A DNA stretch of 64,000 bases. Origin: Eledone cirrhosa. Lineage: Eukaryota. The DNA lies in the NCBI GenBank assembly GCA_964016885.1, contig OZ024752.1, forward strand, positions 29,140,001-29,204,000. Direction: 5' to 3'. Both the position numbers and the translations under genes were made by a program. Of the stretch, positions 43,975 through 56,585 are shown one piece after another; the stretch's first letter is position 1; each line of letters starts with the position of its first letter. The notes beneath the pieces are model-generated. The model was not told the origin of the DNA and did no database searches. It worked only from the letters and a program-made list of their open reading frames with translations.

Positions 43975-44382
43975 ATTAATTATAGATGGGAGGTGGATTG
44001 GCAGTATCGGTAGAGGGTCGGACGCCATGCTTTCCAGCATAGTTACGTCCCTTTACGATCTGAGTTCAAGTCCCGCCGAGGTTGACTTTGCCTTTCATCC
44101 TTACGGGGTCGATAAATAAAGTACCAGTAATGCACTGGGTATTTGCTGGCCTTGTGCCTAAAGTAGAAACAATTAATTATAGATGGGAGGTGGATTGGCA
44201 GTATCGGTAGAGGGTCGGACGCCATGCTTTCCAGCATAGTTACGTCCCTTTACGATCTGAGTTAAAATCCCGCCGACGTTGACTTTGCCTTTCATCCTTA
44301 CGGGGTCGATAAAATAAAGTACCAGTAATGCACTGGGTAATTGCTGGCCTTGTGCCTAAAGTAGAAACAATTAATTATAGAT
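43975..44382 (+). mobile_element. Tandem dimer of SINE family 1
   Basis: Two full copies separated and flanked by ATTAATTATAGAT (43975, 44172, 44370). Confidence 0.9.
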
Positions 44383-44693
44383 AATTATTATTACTCTTTT
44401 TCCATTTCTAATTACCTCATGTACTTTCTCCTCCGTTATATATATATATTGTATGCCCTTTGTGTGTGTGTAGCCTCTGCACCCTACTATCGACGCCACC
44501 CCATCTATGGCTCAACTAACCACTCGACTCCGGGGAATGAATATGACCGCAGCTAGTAAACAAGGACCCACACCCCACCCTCCCGCACCAAAATTAGATT
44601 TATCGTCCCCTGCTTTTGCTCTTTACTCTCTTTACTCTTTGTTCTTGAATGTTTGGTTGGTGGAGTCCATAAACCAATCAAACCCCTTTTATA

Positions 44694-44738
44694 GCTCTGA
44701 CGAATCCTACGGTTACGTAAGGAAGAAACATTGTAAGC
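44694..44738 (+). ncRNA. Minimal hammerhead ribozyme
   Basis: GCT-CTGACGA-A-TCCTACG-GTTA-CGTAAGGA-A-GAAAC-ATT-GTA-AGC. Confidence 0.75.
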
Positions 44739-44784
44739 CAATAAAAATCTTTTGATGTTGTAGACGCTCTTGTGTTCTTTATCA

Positions 44785-45510
<726 letters not shown>

Positions 45511-45690
45511 CAGAAGGTTTCCTCTGCTTCTTCATACTTGAACAGTTCTCTATCCAAGACTTGCAATCTCTGTCTGAATGAAAAATTTACCATTATATCT
45601 AATTTAGATTCTATAATAAATAGACGCACTGACTTGTTTTCTATCTGCTTACATAAATTCCACAGAACTTTCCATAAAGTATACAGCTAA
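45511..45690 (+). pseudogene. PLE GIY-YIG C-terminal remnant directly after the TA array
   Basis: SKTCNLCLNEKFTII...INRRTDLFSICLH aligns by eye with the C-terminus of 32284-33006. Confidence 0.7.
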
Positions 45691-46157
45691 TATCCTAAAC
45701 TTTATCAATTCAGAATCCTTTTCTCAAAGGCACATATATATATATACTTCTTTAAAAATATACCCATCTTTCTACCTTATTTCAAAGTTATTTATCATAT
45801 TCTATATCATTCCTATTCATCACTTCTCTTTCTTCCTTTTCCTTTTCTTTTCTTTTGCTTTTTCTTTTAATTTCTAACCCCTAATCTGTACCTTTTCTCA
45901 CTGTGCCTAACATAGAATCAATTATTACACATACACTATATTCTTACTTTATATCACCTTGAAAAAATCCTTCGTAAACAGAAACATTTTTTTTTACGTT
46001 AGATTATTCATCCTCTATTCATTAATTTTTTCTCACTTTCATTTAACTTATTGATGCTCATCTCACAATATATCCTTACTTACATTACTTCTGTGTTTTT
46101 TGAATAATACATATCAACATTTTCTTTCCATCGCACATATTATTAAACCCTTAAAAC

Positions 46158-46316
46158 GGGTCAGTACTATACGAACATGCTAGACAACAACATGACGGTA
46201 ACATAGACAACATAGAAATTAGAATAATATCTAAACATAGGAATGAGCCAGCAGATAGGCAAATCAGAGAGGCCAGTGAAATAGAAATTAGAAGACCAAA
46301 GCTAAACAAAGAATGA
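46158..46316 (+). pseudogene. GIY-YIG C-terminal remnant of a different PLE type
   Basis: GSVLYEHARQQHDGNIDNIEIRIISKHRNEPADRQIREASEIEIRRPKLNKE* (S..H...H, RxIxEA..I, LN pattern). Confidence 0.55.
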
Positions 46317-46946
46317 GTGGAACAACAACACCCAAACAAACAACACTGACCTAAGAGAAGTATAAATAAGTAAATAAATAAAATAAAATAAAATAAGATA
46401 AATAAATACATACACAAGCACAATAACAACAAGCACATAAACACACACTAGTCACCCAGCAGACACAACACTATACACACTAGTCACACAGCACACATAA
46501 CACTATACACACACGCAAACGCATGCGCAAAGAAGACAAAATAAAATAAACAAACAAACAAATAAATAAATAAATATATAGACAGACTGAATAAAAAATG
46601 GCGTAGACATACAACACAACAGGAGGAAAAAATATAACACCACTGACGATGTTGCAGATGTGCAACGAAAGATTTATGTAAATTATGTAAACTATATATA
46701 TGTGTTTGTGTCTATATTGTATCTGTATTATTTTTGACCGACGGTCAGTCAATGGCAACATTGAGGACCGAGTAAGTTAGATCGCAGATATAAAAGACAG
46801 CGAGAAGCGAAAACCAACCAAACAGTGAGTGTGTTCTGTTATTAATTCTGGCAATATTACGCAAATATGACCCTCCCCAAGTATAACAATACCTGTTTCG
46901 ACACACGATTTCATATAAAAAACCTCGCTAAACTAATTCATCGCCG

Positions 46947-46987
<41 letters not shown>

Positions 46988-46990
<3 letters not shown>

Positions 46991-47185
46991 CGAAGGAGTT
47001 GTGGTAAGGAACCAGATGGACCATAACGCACCAGAGTACTCAATACTTAGGGCAGTAGAGTGGGTAATAGGAAAATGTATGACCCCGATGGCAGAGCTGA
47101 AGCCGTTTCGACGGCTATTTCTGGACAGAAATTTTAAGTCAAGAAATAGCCGTCGAAACGCCCATCGAGGTCATACATTTTCCTA
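46988..47185 (-). mobile_element. PLE-like terminal fragment with a fold-back hairpin (about 47067-47185)
   Basis: Homologous to 1325-1473; flanked by TA. Confidence 0.55.
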
Positions 47186-47391
47186 TATATATATATAACC
47201 AAAGATTAGTATGGTTCATTGATTACTCAACGAATACAAGACCGTAGCGGTATGTCATATATCAAATCATATATTTTGTCTGATGATAACGTACTGAAAC
47301 AACACACTATCTTTGAAATATATATAATAAAGAATATATTTTGATTATGCGAATATTTTTCATTTGTTAACATTTTGAATAATATTATATG

Positions 47392-47565
47392 TGGATTGGC
47401 AGTATTGGTAGAGGGTCGGACGCCGTGCTTTGACGCATAGAGTTACGGCCCTTGCCATTCTGAGTTCAAATCCCGCCGAGGTTAACTTTCATCCTTACGG
47501 GGTCGATAAAATAAAGTACCAGTAATACACTGGGTAATTGCTGGCCTTGTGCCTAACGTAGAAAC

Positions 47566-47570
<5 letters not shown>
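47392..47570 (+). mobile_element. SINE family 1
   Basis: Matches 171-353. Confidence 0.8.
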
Positions 47571-47596
<26 letters not shown>

Positions 47597-47599
<3 letters not shown>

Positions 47600-50500
47600 C
47601 CCCCTCCTCTTTGCTGCGGCCGCGGATGGCCAACATAACCCCAACCCCATCCCCCTCACCCGTCCCTGCGCCCCACCCACCAAACGCAATCCAAAACTTC
47701 AGAGTTGGTACCATAAATGTAGGCACCTTAAAAGGCCGCTCTAACGAGGTTGTAGAAATTCTTGAACGTAAGGAGGTTGATGTTTGCTGTATCCAAGAGA
47801 CCAGATGGAGGGGCGGGTCTGCTAGATTCATTGTGGGTAAAAAACGATGCTATAAGCTTTTCTGGGTGGGAAATGACAATGGGCTGGGTGGGGTAGGAAT
47901 CATGTTAGCAGAAAAATGGGTGGATAAGATAATAGACGTAAATAGAGTGAATGACAGAATAATTAAAATAAGACTTGTTCTAAATAGAACTACGGTGACA
48001 GTAATATCTGCGTACGCACCCCAATCCGGACTGCCTGGCGCTATAAAAGACAGATTCTATGAGACACTGATGCTCACTACCTCCCAAATAACCGACAGTG
48101 ACTATATAATTATTGCTGGCGACCTAAATGGTCACGTTGGACAACATTGTGACGGTTATGCCGGAATCCACGGAGGCTATGGGTTTGGTACTAGAAATGA
48201 GGAAGGCTCCAGAATCCTGGAATTCTGTGACGCAAATAACTTAACTATCTGTAACACTAACTTCAAAAAACGAGACAATCACTTGATCACCTACAGATCA
48301 GGGGAACATACCAGCCAGGTAGATTATATCCTTACCAGAAGACGTGACAGAGTGTCTGTTGTAAACACTAAATCCCTTCCCCATGAAGAATGCACCAGCC
48401 AACATAGACTGATAATTAACAACCTCATAGTCAGGACGAGACGTACTAGACAGCAGAAGAGGACTATCCTCAGGAGAAAAATATGGAAGCTAAAGGACCC
48501 CACAACCAGAAATAAATTTAAAAGCATATTACTTGATGCTTTCGACAGTAAGGAAGAGCATTTACAGTCGTACAATATAGAGGAACAGTGGGAATTCCTG
48601 AAAGCAAACCTGCTGATGGCGGCAGACGAAGTCTGTGGCAGGAGGAGAGTAACATGGTGGTGGAACAGTAAGGTGGAGGAGTCAATTAAGGCCAAAAAGC
48701 AGGCTTGGAAAGTATGGCGGGATGGGGGAAGTAGAGAAGACTATCAAGTGGCCAGGAGGGAAGCTAGGAGACAAGTGTACTTCGCAAGAAGGGAAGCAGA
48801 GGAAAGAAAGTTGAAGCATGTTCTACAACACGAGGACCAAAAACGTGAGGTGTTGAGGATTGCTAGGCAATGTGTCAAGGAAAACCGTGATATTGTCGGG
48901 GAGAAGTGTGTCCTTAATGATGATGGTGTACTTGCCATCACTGACGCTGATAAAAAGGTAGCTTGGAAGTGTCACTACGAAAGGCTACTAAATGAGGAGA
49001 ATAAATGGGAGAAAGACAGTCTCCCCCACATCGACCCAATAGAGGGACCAGCAGTGTTAGTCGAAGGTAGTATAATAAGTAAGGCAATCAAAGATATGAA
49101 GACGGGTAAGGCGGCTGGGCCTTCGGAAATAGTTGCTGAAATGCTGAAAGCTTCTGGAACGGTGGGACACACCATGGTCACCCGGATAGTAAACCAAGTC
49201 ATACAGAATGGGATTGTTCCGAAGGACTGGCGTAGCAGCATCATCATTAACTGCTACAAGGGTAAAGGAGATGCCCTAGATAGGAGTAACTATAGAGGCA
49301 TTAAATTAATCGACCAGGTCATGAAGGTCACAGAAAAAGTAATAGCTCAACTAATCAGAGAGAGAATTGATGTAGATGAAATGCAGTTCGAGTTTGTGTC
49401 AGGTAAAAGTACCACAGACGCTCTTTTCATTGTACGACAACTACAGGAGAAGTACCTAGCTAAAAGTAAACCCCTATACTTAGCTTTTGTCGACTTGGAG
49501 AAAGCCTTCGACAGAGTCCCCCGTTCCATTATCTGGTGGGCTCTTAGAAAACTAGGTGTTGATGAATGGCTTGTGAGAGCTATACAAGCCATGTATAAAG
49601 AAACAGTCAGCAAGGTTAGAATTAACAACGAATATAGTGAAGAGTTTAGCGTAAAAGTTGGTGTTCATCAGGGCTCCGTTCTTAGCCCCCTACTATTTAT
49701 TATTGCCCTTCAGTCTATAACAGTGGAGTTCAAGACCGGCTGCCCATGGGATCTCCTATACGCAGATGATCTAACGCTCATAGCTGAATCAATGGCCGAA
49801 CTAGAGAAGAAATTCCAAACATGGAAGCACGGCCTAGAATCAAAAGGCCTTAAAATTAACCTGTCTAAGACTAAAGTTCTAGTTTGTAGGAAGGAAAATA
49901 GGGCGCCGGTCCCATCCGGGAAATGGCTATGCTCAGTGTGTAGGAAAGGAGTAGGTAGAAACTCCATTTTATGTCCCAAATGCAAAGTATGGGTGCATAA
50001 AAGATGTAGTGAGATCACAGGTAAGCTAACTAAGAACATAAATTTTATATGTGGCCAGTGCTCTGGTGCAATAAGTAGCAGCAAGTGCCCACAAAATACT
50101 AGCTCATTCCATTGCACAGATGGTTCTATAGAAATAGTGGACAGCTTCCGTTACCTGGGTGACAAAATCAGCAGAGGGGGAGGGTGCTCTGAAAGCACAG
50201 TAGCTAGAGTCAGAACTGGATGGAAAAAGTTCAGAGAGCTTATTAGCCGCTAAAGGGTTCTCCCTAAAAATGAAAGGCAGGCTGTATGATGCCTGCATAC
50301 GAACAGCAATGTTACATGGCAGTGAGACCTGGGCATTGTGTGCAGAGGATATACGCAGACTGGAGAGGAACGAAGCTTGCATGCTCCGCTGGATGTGTAA
50401 TAGTAATATACGTGAACGGCAAAGCATAAACGAACTAAGAGAAAAATTAGAATTAAGAGGGATCAGATGTTGTTTACTCGAGAGAAGACTACGTTGGTAT

Positions 50501-51010
50501 GGTCACGTGATGCGCATGAAAGACGACAGCTGTATAAAAAAGTGCAGGGCAATAAAAATAGACGGTAGCCACGGAGTAGGCAGACCCAGAAAAACCTGGG
50601 ATGACTTGATAAATTCCGACCACACACACTTACACCTCTCCAAGACAATGTCACTGGACCGAGATCTTTGGCGCTACACAGTAATAGAGAAGACCCGCCT
50701 TACCTAAGTACAAAGTGAAACCTACTACAGTCAGTAGGCACTTCTAACAAAATACACCCCCGTTCCACTACCCCCACCCCATTTTACCACCCCTTTCAAT
50801 GTAAAGTTATGTTGGTACCACAACATCCAGCCCGAAACAAATGAGGTCGTGTAGGTGTCACGACAAAAAAAAAACACACTGTCCACGCTGTAATGTGGCC
50901 GTGTAGGTAACACGGTAAAAACCTCCCAGTTCCACACTGTAAATGTGGTTGGTGTTAGGAAGGGCATCCAGCCGTAGAAAACCCGCCAGACAGTCCTATG
51001 CGAGCAAGAC
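47597..51010 (+). mobile_element. RTE family B copy, frameshifted and lacking its 3' tail
   Basis: ORFs 47611-50253 and 50270-50707; 8-nt deletion near 50240 relative to the 22-25 kb copy; starts right after (TA)n. Confidence 0.92.
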
Positions 51011-51435
51011 ATATGTATTTTAAATTGAATTATGCTGTCTCCAGTGTTTAGCAATTTATAGACAACTCTATCATGGAAACAGTTGTTAGACTGTAAATAA
51101 ATCTCCTTGTCTGTACTGTTGACCATGTCATTCTTCACTTTTATATATATATAAAACATTCATGCTTTCATATATTTTTATATCTGTATATCTGTTTGAC
51201 CCGAAATAGGAGATCGAATCTTCGCTGTGTGGATAATTAGTTTAACCACCATCTCAGTGCGTTTGGCCTTTAACGTAAGTTGTAAGCTCTAATTCTTTTG
51301 AATTATTGAGCCCTTGCCTCACAATTCGAAAGTGTGTTTTCGTTATTTCATAGGCTGAAATTCGATTCTCGCTAATTTTTACTTTTATATATATATATAT
51401 ATATATATAGTTATGTAATAAACAACATAAGATAA

Positions 51436-51500
51436 TTATTTCATTTACCAGTGGTTTCTTGAAAGCAAACAAATCTGCTTTCAGTCATCAGAATGAAAAA
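51436..51500 (-). ncRNA. Hammerhead (mirror copy)
   Basis: Reverse complement of 51545-51610. Confidence 0.8.
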
Positions 51501-51544
51501 ATCCTGGTGATTTTATTGAATGTCTTTCAATAAAAACACCAGGA

Positions 51545-51610
51545 TTATTTCATTCTGATGACTGAAAGCAGATTTGTTTGCTTTCAAGAAACCACTGGTA
51601 AATGAAATAA
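51545..51610 (+). ncRNA. Type I hammerhead ribozyme
   Basis: TTATTTCATT-CTGATGA-C-TGAAAGCA-n8-TGCTTTCA-A-GAAAC-CACTG-GTA-AATGAAATAA. Confidence 0.88.
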
Positions 51611-51716
51611 TTATCTTATGTTGTTTATTACATAACTATTAAGCTCTGTAACCTACATAGAGCACTCTTTTTTCCTGGACCTTTCCGACGGAATTACTAC
51701 ATATATATATATATAT

Positions 51717-51925
51717 CATCATTATCATCATCATCACCGTTTTACGTCCGTTCTTCCGTGCTAGCATGGGTTAGACGGGTTGTCCTGTTGTGGGCAGTGT
51801 CTGGTCGGCTGACCATGCCTTGCTCATACAGGAACTGATTTTGGCTTGATGTCTACAGCTGGATGCCCTTCCTAACACCAACCTCATTTACAGTGAGTGC
51901 TGGGTGCTTTTTCCGTGGCGCCTAC
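51717..51925 (-). mobile_element. Non-autonomous RTE-derived short element
   Basis: (ATC)n tail, RTE 3' end and TGGATGCCCTTCCTAACACC motif. Confidence 0.65.
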
Positions 51926-51933
51926 ACGTCCAC

Positions 51934-52039
<106 letters not shown>

Positions 52040-52128
52040 CACATACATATATATATATCTCTGATGTCTTCCAAAAGTAACGGTTGCATTTTGAAAGGGT
52101 ATGTCAATATTTATTTATAAAACTGGTA

Positions 52129-52193
52129 TATTTTGTCTGATGAAAGCATACCATAATTTAACATGGTATCCTTGAAATATGTATAATAAAATA
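52129..52193 (+). ncRNA. Hammerhead motif (ATA triplet)
   Basis: TATTTTGT-CTGATGA-AAGC-ATACCAT..ATGGTAT-CCTT-GAAA-TATGT-ATA-ATAAAATA. Confidence 0.7.
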
Positions 52194-52232
52194 GATATGG
52201 TTTTATAAATATAGTTTCCATTTGTTAATATC

Positions 52233-52322
<90 letters not shown>

Positions 52323-52334
52323 TTATATATATAT

Positions 52335-52621
52335 ATCAAGTAAGTATGTTTTGAAACAGTGAGCAGGTTTGAAATTAGAAAATAGAATAGCTTTCACCGT
52401 ATTTTTGACTAAAGGAATTTTAGCCTGATAAATGGGGTTTAAGAACCCTCAGATAAATGGAAAAAGATGAGTATTGGCGTACATGGGAGTCGACACAAAC
52501 ATCTTTGGTTATCGCGACCACTGTGCTACCATTACACCAACCCTCAGATAAATGAGGGTTCTAAACCCCATTTAACAGGCTAAAATTCCTTTAGTCAAAA
52601 ATACGGTGAAAGCTATTCTAT

Positions 52622-52625
<4 letters not shown>
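52335..52625. repeat. Partial fold-back related to 42447-43483, between TA tracts
   Basis: GAATAGCTTTCACCGTATTTTTGACTAAAGG mirrored at about 52588-52618. Confidence 0.7.
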
Positions 52626-52676
<51 letters not shown>

Positions 52677-52712
52677 ATTACATGTTATCCATGCGCTACC
52701 TGCAGTATATTT

Positions 52713-52756
<44 letters not shown>

Positions 52757-53778
52757 TTAATAAAATAAGGTTACAGGCATGGGGTTGCTTACTATGAAAC
52801 TCGTCAATAATTCCTTATTTTTATTTAGATTAAGTTACATATGGGCAACATGTTTAATTGGCCCCAAAACCTAAGCAATTATATAACGCAGTGTAGATAA
52901 ATAGATAACGATTGAGTGCGCTCAATAATAGAAAAAAAAAGTTATTAAAAGTTTTTATCCACTTTCTAAGCGACAGAAAATACAGCCAGACGAATTAGGA
53001 TTTACACAGACAGTAGTGATAACTTATCTGTTAGTCGAAGCATGTTAACGGAGTACTTCTCATTATGAGCAGAAGAATTGATCCCGAAGTTCGCAGGTTT
53101 GTAACGAAATAATTACATAAAATATACTTCCGTATGGTTGTTGAGTAAAGTTCATCTGACTTTTATTAAATAACCTTTTTTTTTCTTTCTCTTTCATCAT
53201 ATATATTTTTATATGTGATCCTCAATGGTTTTTAAGCCTACTTTGTGAATAAAATTAAGTACCAACCAATTTATAAGGTCCGTAGCAATAATTAATTGTA
53301 CTTATTATATGTGTTTATAGTTTCATTCTGTAAGAAGTATTCATTAAGTATTGTATATATTAAAAATAAAACTCCCCATCATTAGAAAAAGGAGTTAAAT
53401 AGCGTCAACTTAAAACGGTCTTGACAAGTTTTTTGGTATTTGCATCATAACGTCAATGATTTGTATTCAGAATAGATGAGACAACACTCTGCTTTAATAA
53501 ACTAATTAACTGTTTTTTTTTAGATATTGAAATTAAAAGAGAAGTTTAGATGTTTATTAAAGATTAATGAAAAACAAATACTTCCGTAAAATTACTGACA
53601 TAATTGTTAGTGTATATTCAATAGTACGAGTTGGATCAATTACTTCACACATACATTTATACCCACACGCAATATATATATATATATATATTAATTTATT
53701 TAAAAAAAAGGAGTTAAACTTATATACACACATAACAGAAATTATATATATATATATGTGTGTGTATATATATATACG

Positions 53779-53829
53779 GGTTTCCTGATGATTTCTTCCT
53801 AATGAAACACGTCTAGTCCTGTAGAAGCC
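53779..53829 (+). ncRNA. Degenerate hammerhead motif (relative at about 62159-62205, minus strand)
   Basis: GGTTTC-CTGATGA...GAAAC...GTA-GAAGCC; stems II and III imperfect. Confidence 0.4.
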
Positions 53830-54091
53830 ATTTCTCTGTTAAATATTTATACTCTGCTATGTATTGAGTACCTTACTTACTGTGGTTACCCCCGATTGAA
53901 CCTGGGATACACACACACACATATATATAAGTGATTCAACTGAGTGTTGCTTCCTTTTATTATCCGTCATCAAATAAATTTTAGAATTTTGTTATCTAAA
54001 TTCTTTTCTTGCATGTAACAGGATGTTTGTTTGAAGCTATTTTCATTGAGGCGCCTCCGATTCATTCGTCCACTTTCTCTCATTATCTAAC

Positions 54092-54200
54092 AAATCCTGC
54101 CGAGGTTGACTTTGCCTTTCATCCTTACGGGGTCGATAAAATAAAGTACCAGTAATGCACTGGGTAATTGCTGGCCTTGTGCCTAAAGTAGAAACAATTA
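54092..54200 (+). mobile_element. 5'-truncated SINE family 1
   Basis: Core and 3' end; possible TSD ATTATCTAA. Confidence 0.8.
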
Positions 54201-55165
54201 TCTAAGCTGAGTTCAACTTCCCACATCATACAACAACTGCTACACCCATCAGTCCTTGTCCAAAACTTTGGGCCCTACCTTCCTCCTGATGTCATTCTAT
54301 AAATAGTAAATTTACAGCAATTTAAACTGAACATTTAATAACAACAACATTTAATAACAACAATGTATTTAATATGAGATAGCCTGTGAAATCAAAAGAC
54401 ATCACGCAAGACCGACTGAAAAAAAAAAATTGAGTTTTTCCCAGAAAAATGAAAACTAAATTTTCCGCTGGAATAGCCCACAAGTCAACATTTGGGTTTT
54501 TTTCTCCTGCAACTAAATGGATTTTGGAGATATCCAATTTTAGCGGCCTAAATGCCGCTTACTTGCTGTAGTTGCTGCTTACTTCAATGTATGAGGCTAT
54601 TCCAACAAATTTACATTCCCCTTTTTTTAGCCGTTAAAAGAAATATAGATTTATTTATTGTTTTTTTATTTGCCACATTGATTTCTTTATTTGCCCCTTT
54701 TTTGTTTGTTTGTTTTTTGTTTTTTTTTGCGATTTATTAGCCTTTTGGGGTCACACACACCCCCGTAGAAAGTGTGCGACCTTTCTGCCAGGGAGCACAG
54801 AGAGAGGGGGGGGGTGTGTGCTCCCTTCTCTTACCTGTACAAGCCGATATAGAGAGATGGCCCACTTACACGGGCCATTATTGCTACTTTCACCCATCTT
54901 TCATGAAATTGGCTGGGACTGAGTGCCTTTTTCTCCACCTTGATCCTTCTTTCGAAGTGGTATCGGAAGAAGAGGACCATTTGTTGGCCGGCGACATATC
55001 CCCACAGTTTCCTCGTTGCAAACGCATCTGGGACATTTCTTTTCCAAGGGGTTTCCGTCCCGGAATCCGTGTCTGTAGAGCCTTTCCCAAACGGGGAGGG
55101 CCCCCTCGGTATAATAGTAAGTATTAGTGGTTGTAATAAAAATGCAATCAAAATGTAATAAATAC

Positions 55166-55301
55166 CTTCACTGATTTCTTTCCTTATATTATCAACAGAA
55201 GTTGGTATGTCACCCAAAGTTCGCTTTGTATGTTCCCGAATAGCAGTGAATTTTGATAAAACTGTTTCTAATTCCTTCTCCACAGTAAGACAAATATCCA
55301 T
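55166..55301 (-). pseudogene. RMND5: RMND5/GID2-like first coding exon, copy 1
   Basis: MDICLTVEKELETVLSKF... resembles the RMND5A N-terminus as I recall it (MDQCVTVERELEKVLHKF); ends at a GAAG|GTATTT donor (136 nt, phase 1). Confidence 0.7.
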
Positions 55302-55354
55302 GTATAGTCCAAAAAGATATAAATCTTTAAAATAAATTATAATAATTCTTTATT

Positions 55355-55535
55355 ATTGGCAGTATCGGTGGAGGGTCGGACGCCATGCTTTCCAGCATAG
55401 TTACGTCCCTTTACGATCTGAGTTCAAATCCCGCCGAGGTTGACTTTGCCTTTCATCCTTACGGGGTCGATAAAATAAAGTACCAGTAATGCACTGGGTA
55501 ATTGATGGCCTTGTGCCTAAAGTAGAAACAATTAT
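55355..55535 (+). mobile_element. SINE family 1 in the fold-back spacer
   Basis: Matches 171-353. Confidence 0.85.
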
Positions 55536-55654
55536 TATTTTCTTTTTCTGTAAATAATTATTTTTCTATATATCTCAAACCCTGCCAAACACCACATCTG
55601 TCCATCTGTAAATTTAAATGACTGTTCTTTCATACTTATCCTCTTTAACTACAC

Positions 55655-55790
55655 ATGGATATTTGTCTTACTGTGGAGAGGGAATTAGAAACAGTTTTAT
55701 CAAAATTCACTGCTATTCGGGAACATACAAAGCGAACTTTGGGTGACATACCAACTTCTGTTGATAATATAAGGAAAGAAATCAGTGAAG
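55655..55790 (+). pseudogene. RMND5: RMND5/GID2-like first coding exon, copy 2
   Basis: MDICLTVERELETVLSKFTAIREHTKRTLGDIPTSVDNIRKEISE; GT donor at 55791. Confidence 0.7.
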
Positions 55791-55847
55791 GTATTTATTA
55801 CATTTTGATTGCATTTTTATTACAACCACTAATACTTACTATTATAC

Positions 55848-56200
55848 CGAGGGACCCTGCCCGTTCGGGAAAGGCTCTGCAGACACGGATTCCAGGACGG
55901 AAACCCCTTGGAAAAGAAATGTCCCAGATGCGTTTGCAACGAGGAAACTGTGGGGATATGTCGCCGGCCAACAAATGGTCCTCTTCTTCCGATACCACTT
56001 CGAAAGAAGGATCAAGGTGGAAAAAAAGGCACTCAGTCCCAGCCAATTCCATGAAAGATGGGTGAAAGTAGCAATAATGGCCCGTGTAAGTGGGCCATCT
56101 CTCTATATCGGCTTGTACAGGTAAGAGAAGAAGGGAGCACCCCCCCTCTCTGTGCTCCCTGGCAGAAAGGTCGCACACTTTCTACGGGGGTGTGTGTGAC
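55848..56200 (+). mobile_element. Internally deleted Tx1 3' relic (mirror at about 54745-55108)
   Basis: Homologous to about 59090-59700 (zf-RVT region and 3' UTR). Confidence 0.75.
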
Positions 56201-56585
56201 CCCAAAAGGCTAATAAATCGCAAAAAAACAAACAAACAAAAAAGGGGCAAATAAATCGCCAAAAAAAAAAACAATTAACGGCTAAAAAAAGGGGAATGTA
56301 AATTTGTTGGAATAGCCTCATACATTGAAGTAAGCGGCATTTAGGCCGATAAAATTGGATATCGCCTGGATTTTTTTTTAATATACGTCAATTCGTATAT
56401 CTCCAGCTACTCGAACAATACAAGACACTAATAAAGAAAATATAAAAATATATTGAATTAACATGACTTTTCCAGAATTTAGTTTCAGTTTCGCACGCAC
56501 ACACACACATATCAAACAGAAAAAAAGCTTTTTGTCACTAATTTACTGGTCATTTCTCTCTCTCACTCTCTCTCTATCTATCTCT

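Larger units (their letters stand above)
51407..51639. repeat. Fold-back (about 114-bp arms, loop TGTCT 51521-25)
   Basis: Reverse-complementary arms; downstream 51640-51700 resembles 16300-16365. Confidence 0.92.
54526..56366. mobile_element. Fold-back element with long inverted arms and an 8-bp TSD, carrying a captured exon
   Basis: Termini GGAGATATCCAATTTTA / TAAAATTGGATATCGCC; TGGATTTT at 54518-25 and 56367-74; arms about 54526-55305 and 55650-56366. Confidence 0.7.

Noticed and set aside
47274-47332. Hammerhead-like motif related to 52129
   Set aside because: Core, stem I and stem III are present, but stem II does not pair convincingly; not counted as intact.
52990-53100. Faint similarity to a transposon-associated ORF N-terminus
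   Set aside because: It needs several frameshifts and is too degenerate to support without a search.
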